43,511 bases of DNA from Ignavibacteria bacterium. Its GTDB lineage: Bacteria > Elusimicrobiota > Endomicrobiia > PHAN01. The translations under genes were made by a program, and so were the position numbers. Positions 1 through 9,422 of this stretch are shown here, in pieces. Under the pieces are notes generated by a model. That model saw only the letters and a program-made list of their open reading frames with translations. It ran no database searches and was not told the DNA's origin. Where the stretch lies: assembly GCA_041694835.1 (NCBI GenBank), contig JBGFRZ010000067.1:1-43511 (forward strand), written 5' to 3'. Positions within the stretch are counted from its first letter, which is position 1. The number at the start of each line of letters is the position of its first letter.

Positions 1-226
1 AGCGTCAAGGCGCGAGGAGCGAAGCATACCCTCTGCGGTATGTAAGCGACGAGCAACGCCGACGATGAACAAAAGACATCAGCCCTTCGGGAAGGGTATT
101 ATTTGGACGGCTTCTGCGTCACTCCTCGTTTATGTATCGCAGAGGATACACCGCACTCGTCGTTTCTTGAATCCGTCTCAAATCCTACCCTTCAAATGTA
201 AAGGTATTTGCGGGACAGGACACTAG
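1..226. mobile_element. Palindromic MITE/RPE-like element (left end outside the window) ending at a CTAG
   Basis: Two related hairpin units in opposite orientation, both with a CCTCTGCG loop (about 6-60 on +, about 111-170 on -). Central CCCTTC-GG-GAAGGG palindrome. Stem GAAGGGTA..GACGG (91-110) pairs with CCGTC..TACCCTTC (173-193). Ends at GGGACAGGACA-CTAG (CTAG at 223-226). Confidence 0.7.
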
Positions 227-1486
227 ATGATATGGATTTAGTTTAAGGCACTTTTGAAAGTGTTCAAGTGCTTTTGAGTCGTCGTATAAATGATAAGCAT
301 AAAGAATGCCGAGTTGATAATGGAGCTCGTCCGAGTTTGGCGCAACAGCCAACCCTCTTTTCAATTCTTCGCCGGCTTTTTCTTTCCAACCTCCCGCGAG
401 ATATCTTTTTGCTGAATTAATAATCCCGTCTTTTCTTAAAAAGAGCGCTCTGTCTTTCAAATGCGCTGTTTCATACCAAGAAAAAAATGCATAAAATCCG
501 ACGATAAAAACTGTAATCGCCGCCAGGTAGATAAGTTTGTCGTATTTATTGCCGTCCTTTTTTTCGGTTGCAAGTTTTAATTTCATATTCTCGGGGACAA
601 AACTATAAAGTCCGAGAGCGATTACGAGCGGAAACACGGGGAGCCATAGCCGCGGTTCAACCATTATAGTCATTGTGTAGTGAATTATCAGAAAAAACGG
701 GAGCATTAGCGCCGCTCTTTTTAAAAATAGCGGTTTGGAGTTTAGACGATAAAACGCCGTAAATAGAAACGGCCCGAACAAAAAGACCGCATACAAATAA
801 GTTCTGATGTCAGAAAGATTGAAGTCAAGATAATAAAGGTCGGAGTAGTATGGTTTTAACTGAAAAAAAGTTCTCAAAAAAGCATAAGTTCCAAGTGCCA
901 CTCCGCCGATAATGACTGTCCTTAATAATAACGGTAAAAATTTTATTTCTCCCCATCTGAAAAAAAGATAAACCAAAGTTATAAGAATTGCCGTCTCTCT
1001 GTTAAGCATAGCAACAATGACAACAGGAACGAGCATCCAATCTTTCTTTTTTAGAATGATAATGTAGGAAGCGATGAAAAAAAAGAGATTTGGCATCTCC
1101 ATCGGTTGCATGTAATATCTGATGTAGGTAAGGGGAAGTGCTGATGTGAGAAATAATGAGCCGATTAGAGCGGCATCCCAGGTGAAGAACCGCATTAAAA
1201 AAATAAAAAAAGCATAAAGAGATGAAAATGTAAAAACAATTCTTATTAACTGATAAGCCGCCCTAAATTCAATGCCTACGTCCATCAAAACTTCTGCCAG
1301 ATAATGGACAAAAATTCTATATTGAATAGGTGATGGCGCCGCTTTATTGATTACTTGATTGTGAAGTGTTGTTTGAATATCTCTTGTGCGGGAGTCCACG
1401 AACCAGTCGTGCACGATATTATTTGAGAAAGCGAGGCAGAGAAACAAGGTTGTGACAAAAATCTTTTGAGAGTTATTTATTTTCAT
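185..1486 (-). CDS. Polytopic membrane protein (possible GT-C-like) with C-terminal TPR; C-terminus probably replaced by an insertion
   Basis: Many hydrophobic segments, then a TPR-like stretch (PNSDELHYQLGILY..ALEHFQKCLKLNP). The last ~13 codons are read from the palindromic element. Confidence 0.6.
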   Translation of the reverse strand: MKINNSQKIFVTTLFLCLAFSNNIVHDWFVDSRTRDIQTTLHNQVINKAAPSPIQYRIFVHYLAEVLMDVGIEFRAAYQLIRIVFTFSSLYAFFIFLMRFFTWDAALIGSLFLTSALPLTYIRYYMQPMEMPNLFFFIASYIIILKKKDWMLVPVVIVAMLNRETAILITLVYLFFRWGEIKFLPLLLRTVIIGGVALGTYAFLRTFFQLKPYYSDLYYLDFNLSDIRTYLYAVFLFGPFLFTAFYRLNSKPLFLKRAALMLPFFLIIHYTMTIMVEPRLWLPVFPLVIALGLYSFVPENMKLKLATEKKDGNKYDKLIYLAAITVFIVGFYAFFSWYETAHLKDRALFLRKDGIINSAKRYLAGGWKEKAGEELKRGLAVAPNSDELHYQLGILYAYHLYDDSKALEHFQKCLKLNPYHLVSCPANTFTFEG

Positions 1487-1954
1487 TTAGGAAAGAAGCG
1501 CGACGGCAAAAGCCGCGATGCCTTTTTTTGAGCCGATTTCGCCCAGTTTTTCGTTTGTTGTCGATTTGATATTTATCCGTGATGATTTGATGTCTAATGT
1601 CTTTGAGATTATTTCTTTCATTTTAGCAGAGTGTTTCATTATTTTAGGTTCTTCGGCGATTACTACTGTATCTATATTTATAATTTTCATTTTTTGATTT
1701 TTAAGCATTTGCTTGATTTTGTTTAGGAGTTTTAGCGATGAAATATTTTTGATTTTTTTGTTGGTATTTGGAAAGTGTTGTCCGATATCACCTAATCCGG
1801 CGGCACCAAGGAGTGAATCCATTACGGCGTGAATCAGGACATCGGCATCTGAATGTCCTGAAAGACCCATTTTATATGGGATTTCCACACCGCCAAGAAT
1901 GAGTTTTCTTTTTTTTGAAAATCTGTGTATGTCGTAACCGATACCTATTTTCAT
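1487..1954 (-). CDS. ispF: 2-C-methyl-D-erythritol 2,4-cyclodiphosphate synthase
   Basis: MKIGIGYDIHRF, GHSDADVLIHA and GDIGQHFP motifs; adjacent to ispD. Confidence 0.97.
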   Translation of the reverse strand: MKIGIGYDIHRFSKKRKLILGGVEIPYKMGLSGHSDADVLIHAVMDSLLGAAGLGDIGQHFPNTNKKIKNISSLKLLNKIKQMLKNQKMKIINIDTVVIAEEPKIMKHSAKMKEIISKTLDIKSSRINIKSTTNEKLGEIGSKKGIAAFAVALLS

Positions 1955-1977
1955 ATTTTCATCGCCTTTAACTATAT

Positions 1978-2051
1978 GGCACAGATTACACGGAAAAGTT
2001 AAAAAACTAAAAAGATTTTCAGGTCTTTAATCTGCGTTTATCCGTGTTAAT
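1978..2051. repeat. Empty CACAGAT/ATCTG(C/T)G-type inverted repeat element between ispD and ispF
   Basis: GCACAGATTACACGGA ... ATCTGCGTTTATCCGTGTTAAT; same motif family as the flanks of the GxxExxY gene. Confidence 0.55.
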
Positions 2052-2085
2052 ACAGTTCAAGAACCGGACAAGTTCTGCGGTTCAC

Positions 2086-2745
2086 TTATTTTTTTAGCCA
2101 GAACTCAAGAAGTTTCAAATCGTCTTTTGTTGTGAGCTTAAAATTTTTCGCGTTGCCAGGCGTGATTTTTACTTTTTTTCCGAGTTTTTCCACAAGTTCT
2201 GAATCATCAGTCGCTTTTCTTCTGATTTTTGAATATGCCTTTTTGATGAGAGCTTTTCTGAAAACCTGCGGGGTCTGTGCCAAAAATATTTTTTCTCTCG
2301 GTATCGTCCGATTTGCGAATATCCCGCCCCCCGAATATTTAATCGTATCTATCGCCGCAACCGCGACTGCGCTTGCACCGAACTTATCGGCGTCTTTTAT
2401 GGATTTTTCGATTATAGATTTTTCAATAAGGGGCCTTGCTGCGTCGTGAATAGCCACCAACTCAACATCTTCCGATATGAGAGCAAGGGCTTTTTTTACA
2501 GAGTCGAATCTTTCGTCACCGCCGACTATTACTTTTATCACCTTGTTATTTTTGTGCCTGTTTTGTATCCTCCTAAAAAAATTTTTGGGAACGACAAGAA
2601 TGATTTCGTAGACATTTTTGACTTTAAGAAATGTCTCAAGTGGCCATTGATAAACGAGTTTTCCTGCGAGTTTTTCGAATTGTTTGTAGCCGCCGAACCT
2701 CTTTCCCGATCCTGCCGCCACTACTATCGCGGAAACAATTTTCAT
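2086..2745 (-). CDS. ispD: 2-C-methyl-D-erythritol 4-phosphate cytidylyltransferase
   Basis: AAGSGKRFG..KQF, GGDERFDSV, IHDAARP, AQTPQVF and TDD motifs. Confidence 0.96.
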   Translation of the reverse strand: MKIVSAIVVAAGSGKRFGGYKQFEKLAGKLVYQWPLETFLKVKNVYEIILVVPKNFFRRIQNRHKNNKVIKVIVGGDERFDSVKKALALISEDVELVAIHDAARPLIEKSIIEKSIKDADKFGASAVAVAAIDTIKYSGGGIFANRTIPREKIFLAQTPQVFRKALIKKAYSKIRRKATDDSELVEKLGKKVKITPGNAKNFKLTTKDDLKLLEFWLKK

Positions 2746-3728
2746 CTTTCACCTTCGGCTGGCTTAACGAAAATCATCCTTCCGGAAGAAGTCTGTATGA
2801 GCGACACGACGGAGCAGTCGATTCTTTTACCCACAAATCTCCTACCCTCTTCTATAACGACCATAGTGCCGTCGTCAAGGAATCCGACTCCCTGTTCCCT
2901 TTCCTTCCCTTCTTTCGCGACGTATATCTGCATTTTTTCCCCGGGCAAGTGTATGGGCTTGAGCGTGTTTGAAAGGTCGTTTATGTTCAGCACTATTATC
3001 CCCTGCAGCGATGCGACTTTGTTGAGGTTGAAATCAGTTGTTATGATTCTTGCGTCAAGTTCTTTCGCGAGGTTTATCAGTTTCAAATCCACTTCTTTTA
3101 TTTGCGGATAATCCTTGTCTATAATTTTGATTGTTATAAGCGCCTCTTTCTGTATCTGCGATATTATGCCGAGTCCTCTTCTCGCCCTGTTTCTTTTCGT
3201 GGAATCGGCCGAGTCGGCAAGCGTTTGGAGTTCTTCAAGGACGAATCTTGGAACCACGATGATGCCGCTTAAGAAATTTGTCGAGATTATGTCGACTATC
3301 CTTCCATCAATGGTCGCCGATGTGTCGAGAAGATAAAGCGTCTCTTTCCACTTTTTTCCTTTTCTGAATATATCTTTGTCGAGAAGCTCAAGCTCCGATT
3401 TTTTCCTTATGGCAAATGTGATGCCTATATATGCAAATACGACTTTTATGAGCAGAGAATAATCGCTCATTATTTTGTATAGATTCGGATTTTCAAGCAG
3501 GTATACGGTGTAGTCAAGAAGTTTTGCCGCCACTACTCCAAGCATCGCCCCGATAATTCCGGCCGTCAACGTGTCTAGAGGTATTTTTTCAATCAGATAT
3601 TCAATTATTATGAACACTAAAGCTATAGCAACTCCGATGAATATCCCTTTTATGTCCTTTGATACCTGAAAATAACTTATCAATCCCCCGCTTACAAGTA
3701 CAATCGCTCTTAAAATCCAGATGAACAA
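2742..3728 (-). CDS. PIN/TRAM-domain membrane protein (YacL-like)
   Basis: N-terminal TM helices, PIN motif LLDTSATIDGRI..TTDFNLNKVA, TRAM motif GKEREQGVGFLDDGTMVVIE. Start placed at TTG 3728 behind a GGAGGG SD; the ORF track starts at 3767. YacL-ispD-ispF synteny. Confidence 0.92.
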   Translation of the reverse strand: MFIWILRAIVLVSGGLISYFQVSKDIKGIFIGVAIALVFIIIEYLIEKIPLDTLTAGIIGAMLGVVAAKLLDYTVYLLENPNLYKIMSDYSLLIKVVFAYIGITFAIRKKSELELLDKDIFRKGKKWKETLYLLDTSATIDGRIVDIISTNFLSGIIVVPRFVLEELQTLADSADSTKRNRARRGLGIISQIQKEALITIKIIDKDYPQIKEVDLKLINLAKELDARIITTDFNLNKVASLQGIIVLNINDLSNTLKPIHLPGEKMQIYVAKEGKEREQGVGFLDDGTMVVIEEGRRFVGKRIDCSVVSLIQTSSGRMIFVKPAEGER

Positions 3729-3729
3729 T

Positions 3730-4581
3730 TTACCCTCCTGATATTTCTCCCGGTTTTCTGAGTGCATTCAAAAGTGCTTTTCTCATAATTTCTACCGGGG
3801 CTTTTTTTTGAGACCAGATTTCAAACGCCATTGCCCCCTGATATAAAAGCATCGTCAGTCCGCCAAGATTTCTCATCCCAAGTTTTTTCGCTTTTTTTAT
3901 GAGTTTCGTTTCTATGTTATAAACAAGATCGCACACGAAAAGCGATCTTTTACATCCGTCAATATCAACCGGCGTTGAATCTTTCACGGAGAGCCCCAGC
4001 GGCGTGGCGTTGATTAGTATATCGACCTCGTCGATTATGTTTTTTATTTCGGATTTGTCGATAGCATAACCGCTTACCGCCCTTGAGAGTTTTTCGGCTT
4101 TTCTTACATCTATATCATTGATATAAAGCTTTTTTGGGTTCAATCTTTTTATGCAACTCCCGACCGATTTTGCTGCCCCGCCCGCGCCCAGAATCAAAAT
4201 GTTTTTTCCTGTCGCGGATACTTTTTTTTCTTTCAATGACATTTCAAAGCCGTAAGCGTCGGTGTTGGTTCCTTTTAATTCGCCGTTTTCGTTTACGATA
4301 GTGTTTATGGCGCCGATTTCTTCTGCGTATTCGTCGATTACGTCCAAATACTTTATTACATTTTCTTTATGGGGAACCGTGACATTGACGCCTTTTATTC
4401 CAATCGCTCTTACGGATTCAACGGCTGTTTTTAGATTTGCAGGCATCACAAGAAATGGAACGTAAACAAAGTTCAAATTCAAATGTTCAAATGCGGCGTT
4501 GTGCATCGCAGGCGAAAAGCTATGCTCGACGGGACATCCGAAAATTCCAACGATTTTAGTTTTTCCGCTTATTTTCGCCAC
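3730..4581 (-). CDS. aroE: Shikimate dehydrogenase
   Basis: HSFSPAMHN, GVNVTVPHK, GAINT, NTDAYG, LGAGGAA and MLLYQG motifs. Confidence 0.96.
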   Translation of the reverse strand: MAKISGKTKIVGIFGCPVEHSFSPAMHNAAFEHLNLNFVYVPFLVMPANLKTAVESVRAIGIKGVNVTVPHKENVIKYLDVIDEYAEEIGAINTIVNENGELKGTNTDAYGFEMSLKEKKVSATGKNILILGAGGAAKSVGSCIKRLNPKKLYINDIDVRKAEKLSRAVSGYAIDKSEIKNIIDEVDILINATPLGLSVKDSTPVDIDGCKRSLFVCDLVYNIETKLIKKAKKLGMRNLGGLTMLLYQGAMAFEIWSQKKAPVEIMRKALLNALRKPGEISGG

Positions 4582-4582
4582 T

Positions 4583-5104
4583 TTATTTCCTTGTCGCCCG
4601 TTTCCCGCTTTTTGCTTCCATCCCCTTCAGTTTAACCAGAGACCTTTTGGCTATTTTGTTTTCGGGATAAATTGCAAGTACCCTCTCCCACATCTCAACG
4701 GCTTTCTGGTTTTCGTCCAGCATCTCATATACGCAGCCGAGGTGCACCAATGCCCATTGGTCGTTCGGTTTATTGGAAAGCACCCAGTAGGTTTTCCTCA
4801 GAGAGCCTCTGTAGTCGCCTTTGTAGTATAAATCCATCGCCGCAAGTCTGTTCGAATCGATAGGGTCGGATTTTGGTTTCGGTTTTAGTTGATAATGGAT
4901 GGCAGTTGAGCCCATGTAAAGAGCTATGAAAGAAAGGGATATCAATATAACGGCGATTTTCTTATGATAAAGCAAAACTGTCCTTTCGTTGAAGCAAAAA
5001 TCCCTCAGGATGTTGTTTATCCCTGAGATCAGCTTCGGCGCGTAAAAATAAAGAACCCCCGCTATGAAAAGGACAAATCCAACCCCGAGCTTCAATGTTT
5101 CCAT
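4583..5104 (-). CDS. Membrane-anchored TPR protein
   Basis: Two TM helices, then TPR-like ALVHLGCVYEMLDENQKAVEMWERVLAIYPEN. Confidence 0.7.
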   Translation of the reverse strand: METLKLGVGFVLFIAGVLYFYAPKLISGINNILRDFCFNERTVLLYHKKIAVILISLSFIALYMGSTAIHYQLKPKPKSDPIDSNRLAAMDLYYKGDYRGSLRKTYWVLSNKPNDQWALVHLGCVYEMLDENQKAVEMWERVLAIYPENKIAKRSLVKLKGMEAKSGKRATRK

Positions 5105-5110
5105 GTGAAA

Positions 5111-5139
5111 ATTTTATAAAAATACGAAGATTTTGTCAA
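5111..5139 (-). promoter_or_regulatory. Sigma70-type promoter of the aroE-ispDF operon, likely leaderless
   Basis: On the minus strand: TTGACA (5139-5134), 17 nt, TAAAAT (5116-5111), then 6 nt to the ATG at 5104. Confidence 0.7.
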
Positions 5140-5234
5140 ACCAACCGCGAAGTTAAAGAGAAAAGTTAAGGAGATTCAAACCTTTCAAATTTTGAGGCAT
5201 TAAACTCTCCAACACTGGAACCAAAGTCATGCGG

Positions 5235-5263
5235 TTGACATTTTTTGTCAAATATGGTATCAT
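5235..5263 (+). promoter_or_regulatory. Sigma70-type promoter of rpsO
   Basis: TTGACA (5235-5240), 17 nt, TATCAT (5258-5263) with an extended TGn. Confidence 0.75.
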
Positions 5264-5292
5264 TAAACCGATTGAATCTTTTAGGAGGATAC

Positions 5293-5553
5293 ATGACATC
5301 CGGAAAAAATGAGATTGCGGAAAAACTAAAAAGCCATGCAACAGATACGGGCAGCCCGTCCGTGCAGATTGGAATTATAACGGAGAGGATAAACAAACTG
5401 AACGAGCATTTTAAAAAATTTCCGAAAGACTTGGGTTCAAGGCGAGGTTTTTTGAAGTTGATAAGCCAAAGAAGGAAACTTATCGAGTATCTTAAAAAGC
5501 ACGACTTTAAAAAATATAAAGAAGTGATAGAAAGACTTGATTTAAGAAAATAA
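5293..5553 (+). CDS. rpsO: 30S ribosomal protein S15
   Basis: DTGSPSVQIGIITERI..KDLGSRRGFLKLISQRRKL. AGGAGG SD at 5283-5288 supports ATG 5293. Upstream of pnp. Confidence 0.98.
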   Translation: MTSGKNEIAEKLKSHATDTGSPSVQIGIITERINKLNEHFKKFPKDLGSRRGFLKLISQRRKLIEYLKKHDFKKYKEVIERLDLRK

Positions 5554-5596
5554 ATAACCAAAGGCATAATAAAACCGTGGATTCACAGGTTGAAGA

Positions 5597-5684
5597 AGTA
5601 ACGAGTAACGAGAATATTAGAAGGTAGAAGGTAGACGGGCTTTATCCCCACATACTACCTACTACATACTACATACTACCTGCT
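5597..5684. repeat. Heptamer tandem repeat block (purine-rich arm then pyrimidine-rich arm)
   Basis: AGTAACG x2 and TAGAAGG TAGAAGG TAGACGG, then CATACTA CCTACTA CATACTA CATACTA. Confidence 0.8.
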
Positions 5685-5710
5685 GTTCTGTGGTGAAATT
5701 AGGAGATATA

Positions 5711-7819
5711 ATGAAAAGCGAAATAAAAATCGTAGTGAATGAACAGGCGGGCAAAAATTTGCTCATAGAATATGGAGATCTTGCCAAACAGGCTTCAGGG
5801 TCTGGCATCGTAAAGATGGGTGAGACTATAGTCCTTGCGACTATCGTTTATGCCAAAAAAGAAAAAGAAGGAACGGATTTCCTTCCGCTGACTGTGGACT
5901 ACCGTGAGAGAACCTACGCCGCCGGGAAAATCCCCGGCGGTTTTTTTAAGAGGGAGGGACGTCCGAGCGAAAGGGAGATACTGACCTCGCGGCTTATAGA
6001 CAGGGCACTCCGCCCGCTTTTTCCGGAAAAGTGGTATAAAGAGACAAACATTAACGTCCTGGTGCTCTCGTCAGACGGAGAAAACGACCCCGACGTTATT
6101 GCAATAGTCGCCGCCGGAATTGCATTAAGACTATCGTCGGTGCCTGTAAATTCTCAAGTAGCGGCGGTAAGGGTCGGCAGGATAGGAGACAGCTTTATTT
6201 TGAATCCAACATTCAGCGAGCAAAAACAAAGCTCAATCGACATAGTCGTGGGTGGAACTATGGAAGGCGTTGTTATGGTTGAAGCCGGCACCAACGAAGT
6301 GAGCGAGGGAGAGGCGCTTCAAGCCATCGGATTTGGCCACGATGCCATCAAAAGGATAATCTCGGGATTCGAGAAAATTCCGGTAGGTTCTAAAATTGCA
6401 GTATCCGAGCTTGCAAATGTCGATGCGGAAAAGATAAGAGAGAAGATATCATTGATACTTCCCCTGGAGGATTTAAGAAACATTGTAAAAACACCCGAGA
6501 AAAGCGCGAGGGAAAATTTATGGGAAGAGAAGAAGCTCTACATTGTAAATTTAATAGCGACTGAGTTCACCAATGTTACGGTTCCGTTAGAAAAAATAGC
6601 GGACGGCATTCTTGAGGATATGTTTTACGAATGCGTGAGGGAAGTTGTTCTGAAAGAAGGATTGCGCGCCGACGGGAGAAAGCCGGACGACATCCGCCCA
6701 ATAAGATGTATCCCGCATTATTTTGACAGGCCGCACGGAAGCGCGATATTTGAGAGGGGGCAGACGCAGGCATTGGCCACCGTAACGCTTGGCACTCCCG
6801 AGGACAAACAAATAATGGATGTTCTGGAGGGTGAGTATAAGGAAAGATTTCTTTTTCACTATAACTTCCCCGGATTTGCCACGGGCGAAGCGAAGCCCGA
6901 GAGGGGCGTTTCAAGGCGTGAGCAGGGGCATGGGGCGCTGGCTAAAAGAGCGATTTATCCCGTCCTTCCTTCCGAGGATGAATTTCCGTATACCATAAGG
7001 ATAGTTTCAGACATACTTGAATCAAATGGTTCCTCTTCAATGGCCTCTGTGTGTGCGGGTTCACTCGCCATATTCGACGCTGGAGTCCCCGCGAAAAACG
7101 CCGTCGCCGGCGTTGCCATGGGCCTTGTGAAGGGGTCGGACAAGTATGTGATTTTAACCGACATAATGGGTATGGAGGATCACATAGGCGACATGGACTT
7201 CAAAGTGGCTGGCACAAGAAAGGGCATCACCGCCCTTCAGATGGATTTGAAAATCACAAACATAAATCTCTCCACAATGAAAGACGCTCTTGAAAAAGCG
7301 CGGGCTGCTAGATTCTATATTCTTGATATTATGGACCGGGCCATAAACTCCCCGCGCGAGAAAATCTCGGAGTATGCTCCACAGATGGATATCATTCAGA
7401 TAAATCCATCCAAGATAGGCGCCCTCATCGGACCCGGTGGGAAAAACATTAAAAAGATTATCGAAGAAACCAAGGCCGACATTCAGGTTGAAGATGATGG
7501 AAAGGTTTACATATCGGCGGTCGAGTCATCATCGATGGAACTCGCACGACAAATGGTGGATTATTACACAGCCGAGGCGGAAGTCGGAAAAATATATCGC
7601 GGAAAAGTCACATCGATAAAAGCTTTCGGGGCTTTTGTTGAAATACTACCCGGCAAAGAAGGACTTGTCCATATATCGCAGTTTGTTCCGAGGCGACTTG
7701 AGAAGGTCACCGATGTCGTCAGGGAAGGCGACGAGATAAACGTAAAAGTGATAGAGATTGACCCTCATGGCAAAGTCAGTCTCACATGCAAAAGCATTGA
7801 AAATAAATTCAAAGAATAG
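5711..7819 (+). CDS. pnp: Polyribonucleotide nucleotidyltransferase (PNPase)
   Basis: FLPLTVDYRE, GKIPGGFFKREGRP, ESNGSSSMASVC, GDMDFKVAGT, KH and S1 domains. AGGAG SD before ATG 5711. Confidence 0.98.
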   Translation: MKSEIKIVVNEQAGKNLLIEYGDLAKQASGSGIVKMGETIVLATIVYAKKEKEGTDFLPLTVDYRERTYAAGKIPGGFFKREGRPSEREILTSRLIDRALRPLFPEKWYKETNINVLVLSSDGENDPDVIAIVAAGIALRLSSVPVNSQVAAVRVGRIGDSFILNPTFSEQKQSSIDIVVGGTMEGVVMVEAGTNEVSEGEALQAIGFGHDAIKRIISGFEKIPVGSKIAVSELANVDAEKIREKISLILPLEDLRNIVKTPEKSARENLWEEKKLYIVNLIATEFTNVTVPLEKIADGILEDMFYECVREVVLKEGLRADGRKPDDIRPIRCIPHYFDRPHGSAIFERGQTQALATVTLGTPEDKQIMDVLEGEYKERFLFHYNFPGFATGEAKPERGVSRREQGHGALAKRAIYPVLPSEDEFPYTIRIVSDILESNGSSSMASVCAGSLAIFDAGVPAKNAVAGVAMGLVKGSDKYVILTDIMGMEDHIGDMDFKVAGTRKGITALQMDLKITNINLSTMKDALEKARAARFYILDIMDRAINSPREKISEYAPQMDIIQINPSKIGALIGPGGKNIKKIIEETKADIQVEDDGKVYISAVESSSMELARQMVDYYTAEAEVGKIYRGKVTSIKAFGAFVEILPGKEGLVHISQFVPRRLEKVTDVVREGDEINVKVIEIDPHGKVSLTCKSIENKFKE

Positions 7820-7829
7820 CGAATCTATC

Positions 7830-8267
7830 GTGAAGAATAACTTAAATTCAAAGGTAAAGAAATTTTACGATCTGATGCTCGAAGAAAACCTCGCCGAGTT
7901 AGAATATCGGGAAAATGATTTTTATATTTATCTTAAAAGGAAAATGTCTGTTTCTGCCGACAGGCGCGCCGTTATCCAACAGAATAAAGTTCAGAAGAAA
8001 ATGCGCGAAATCGAGCCCGAAGAAAAACCCGTGGGACAGAGCGTTGCCTCGCCGATAAACGGGATTTTTTACAGGTCTTCCTCGCCCTCCTCTATGCCTT
8101 TCGTAAACGAAGGCGACTTCGTTGACGCGGGTAAAACGCTTTGTATCGTTGAGGCAATGAAAGTTATGAACGAAATAAAAGCTGACAAAAAGATGAAAAT
8201 CCTCAAAATCCTCGCCGAGAACGGGAAAAATGTCGCGATTGGCCAAGCTCTCTTCTTGTACGAATGA
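7830..8267 (+). CDS. accB: Biotin carboxyl carrier protein
   Basis: SPINGIFYRS..LCIVEAMKVMNEI biotinylation motif. Start placed at GTG 7830, after the pnp stop. Confidence 0.9.
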   Translation: MKNNLNSKVKKFYDLMLEENLAELEYRENDFYIYLKRKMSVSADRRAVIQQNKVQKKMREIEPEEKPVGQSVASPINGIFYRSSSPSSMPFVNEGDFVDAGKTLCIVEAMKVMNEIKADKKMKILKILAENGKNVAIGQALFLYE

Positions 8268-8356
8268 AGAATAAGGAAGATGATAGACAATTGCTTATTG
8301 TCCCGGTTTAATAAAATGTTTCTGGCATTGAATTATGCAATCACACTTCGGATTAA

Positions 8357-8584
8357 ATGTCTGTGGGCGTTATGTCAATAAGCATAGATAAAATCGGAGA
8401 TACAGCGGGGGAAGTTTGGCGATTTTTAAGTCAGGAAAGCGAAGCCGTAAGTATATTGAAGCTAAAAACAAAACTTTCACTTCCGAACTCAAGTGTACAC
8501 CTCGCCCTCGGTTGGCTTGCCAGAGAAAATAAGATAACTCTCGAAGAAAAAGACGGCGATATTTTCATCAGATTAAAAAGATAA
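8357..8584 (+). CDS. Small winged-helix protein (DUF2582-like)
   Basis: IGDTAGEVWRFL ... LALGWLARENKI pattern; start may be ATG 8372. Confidence 0.8.
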   Translation: MSVGVMSISIDKIGDTAGEVWRFLSQESEAVSILKLKTKLSLPNSSVHLALGWLARENKITLEEKDGDIFIRLKR

Positions 8585-8603
8585 TCCACGAAATGTTTTA
8601 GAG

Positions 8604-9374
8604 ATGCATCAGAATGTTAGTATAGTAATATTGGGGGTTGTCCAGGGATTGACGGAATTTCTGCCGATTTCTTCAAGCGGTCATCTGGCGATTCTCAGCG
8701 AACTATTTGATATAAGAGAAGGTTCAATCGAGATCACAATACTTCTTCATCTGGCAACGCTTTGCGCTGTAATCGTTTATCTTCACAAAGAGGTCTTATC
8801 GCTATTTCAATCACCACGCCTTTTTGCGCTGATTGTTGCCGCAACCGTTCCCACGGGCATCATAGGAATGCTCCTCTCAAACACCGTAGAGCAGATATTC
8901 CAGAATAATTTAAGATTGGTATTTGTTTTTCTTTTTGCGTCGGGCGTTATTATTTTTTTTGCGGGCAGAGTAAAAAAAACGAAGAACACAGGATTTCGCG
9001 AGATAACTTTTCTGCAAGCGATAATCGTCGGGTCAGTTCAGGGCATCGCGGTATTTCCCGGAATTTCGCGCTCGGGCGCCTCGATAGCTGCCGGCATATT
9101 TTCAGGTGTTGACTCGCTGTCGGCGGCGAAATTTTCATTTTTGCTCTCCATTCCGGCTATTACCGGCGCATCACTGGTAAAATTCAAAGACATTGAGGCA
9201 TCTGCCTTTGGGGTGTATCCGGCATGGCAGTTATTGGTGGGAATGCTTTTGGCTTTTTTAAGCGCCCTGTTCGGACTGTGGTTGTTTGTAAAAATCATAG
9301 GCAAAAGAAGTTTTGGATATTTTGCATACTATCTCTGGGCTTTGGCAATTTTAGGATTATTAAAAAGTCATTAA
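8604..9374 (+). CDS. uppP: Undecaprenyl-diphosphate phosphatase (BacA family)
   Basis: QGLTEFLPISSSGH, PGISRSG and FSFLLSIPA motifs. Confidence 0.96.
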   Translation: MHQNVSIVILGVVQGLTEFLPISSSGHLAILSELFDIREGSIEITILLHLATLCAVIVYLHKEVLSLFQSPRLFALIVAATVPTGIIGMLLSNTVEQIFQNNLRLVFVFLFASGVIIFFAGRVKKTKNTGFREITFLQAIIVGSVQGIAVFPGISRSGASIAAGIFSGVDSLSAAKFSFLLSIPAITGASLVKFKDIEASAFGVYPAWQLLVGMLLAFLSALFGLWLFVKIIGKRSFGYFAYYLWALAILGLLKSH

Positions 9375-9377
9375 ATT

Positions 9378-9418
9378 TGGTTCACAGAAAAAAACTGTGA
9401 ACTATGAACCATTGACTA
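9378..9418. repeat. Hairpin plus heptamer repeats between uppP and ftsK
   Basis: GTTCACAG/CTGTGAAC stem followed by TGAACTA TGAACCA TTGACTA. Confidence 0.55.
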
Positions 9419-9422
9419 ATAT

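Noticed and set aside
2132-4863. Plus-strand ORFs opposite ispD, PIN/TRAM, aroE and the TPR gene
   Set aside because: Antisense shadows of well-supported genes, with no recognisable motifs.
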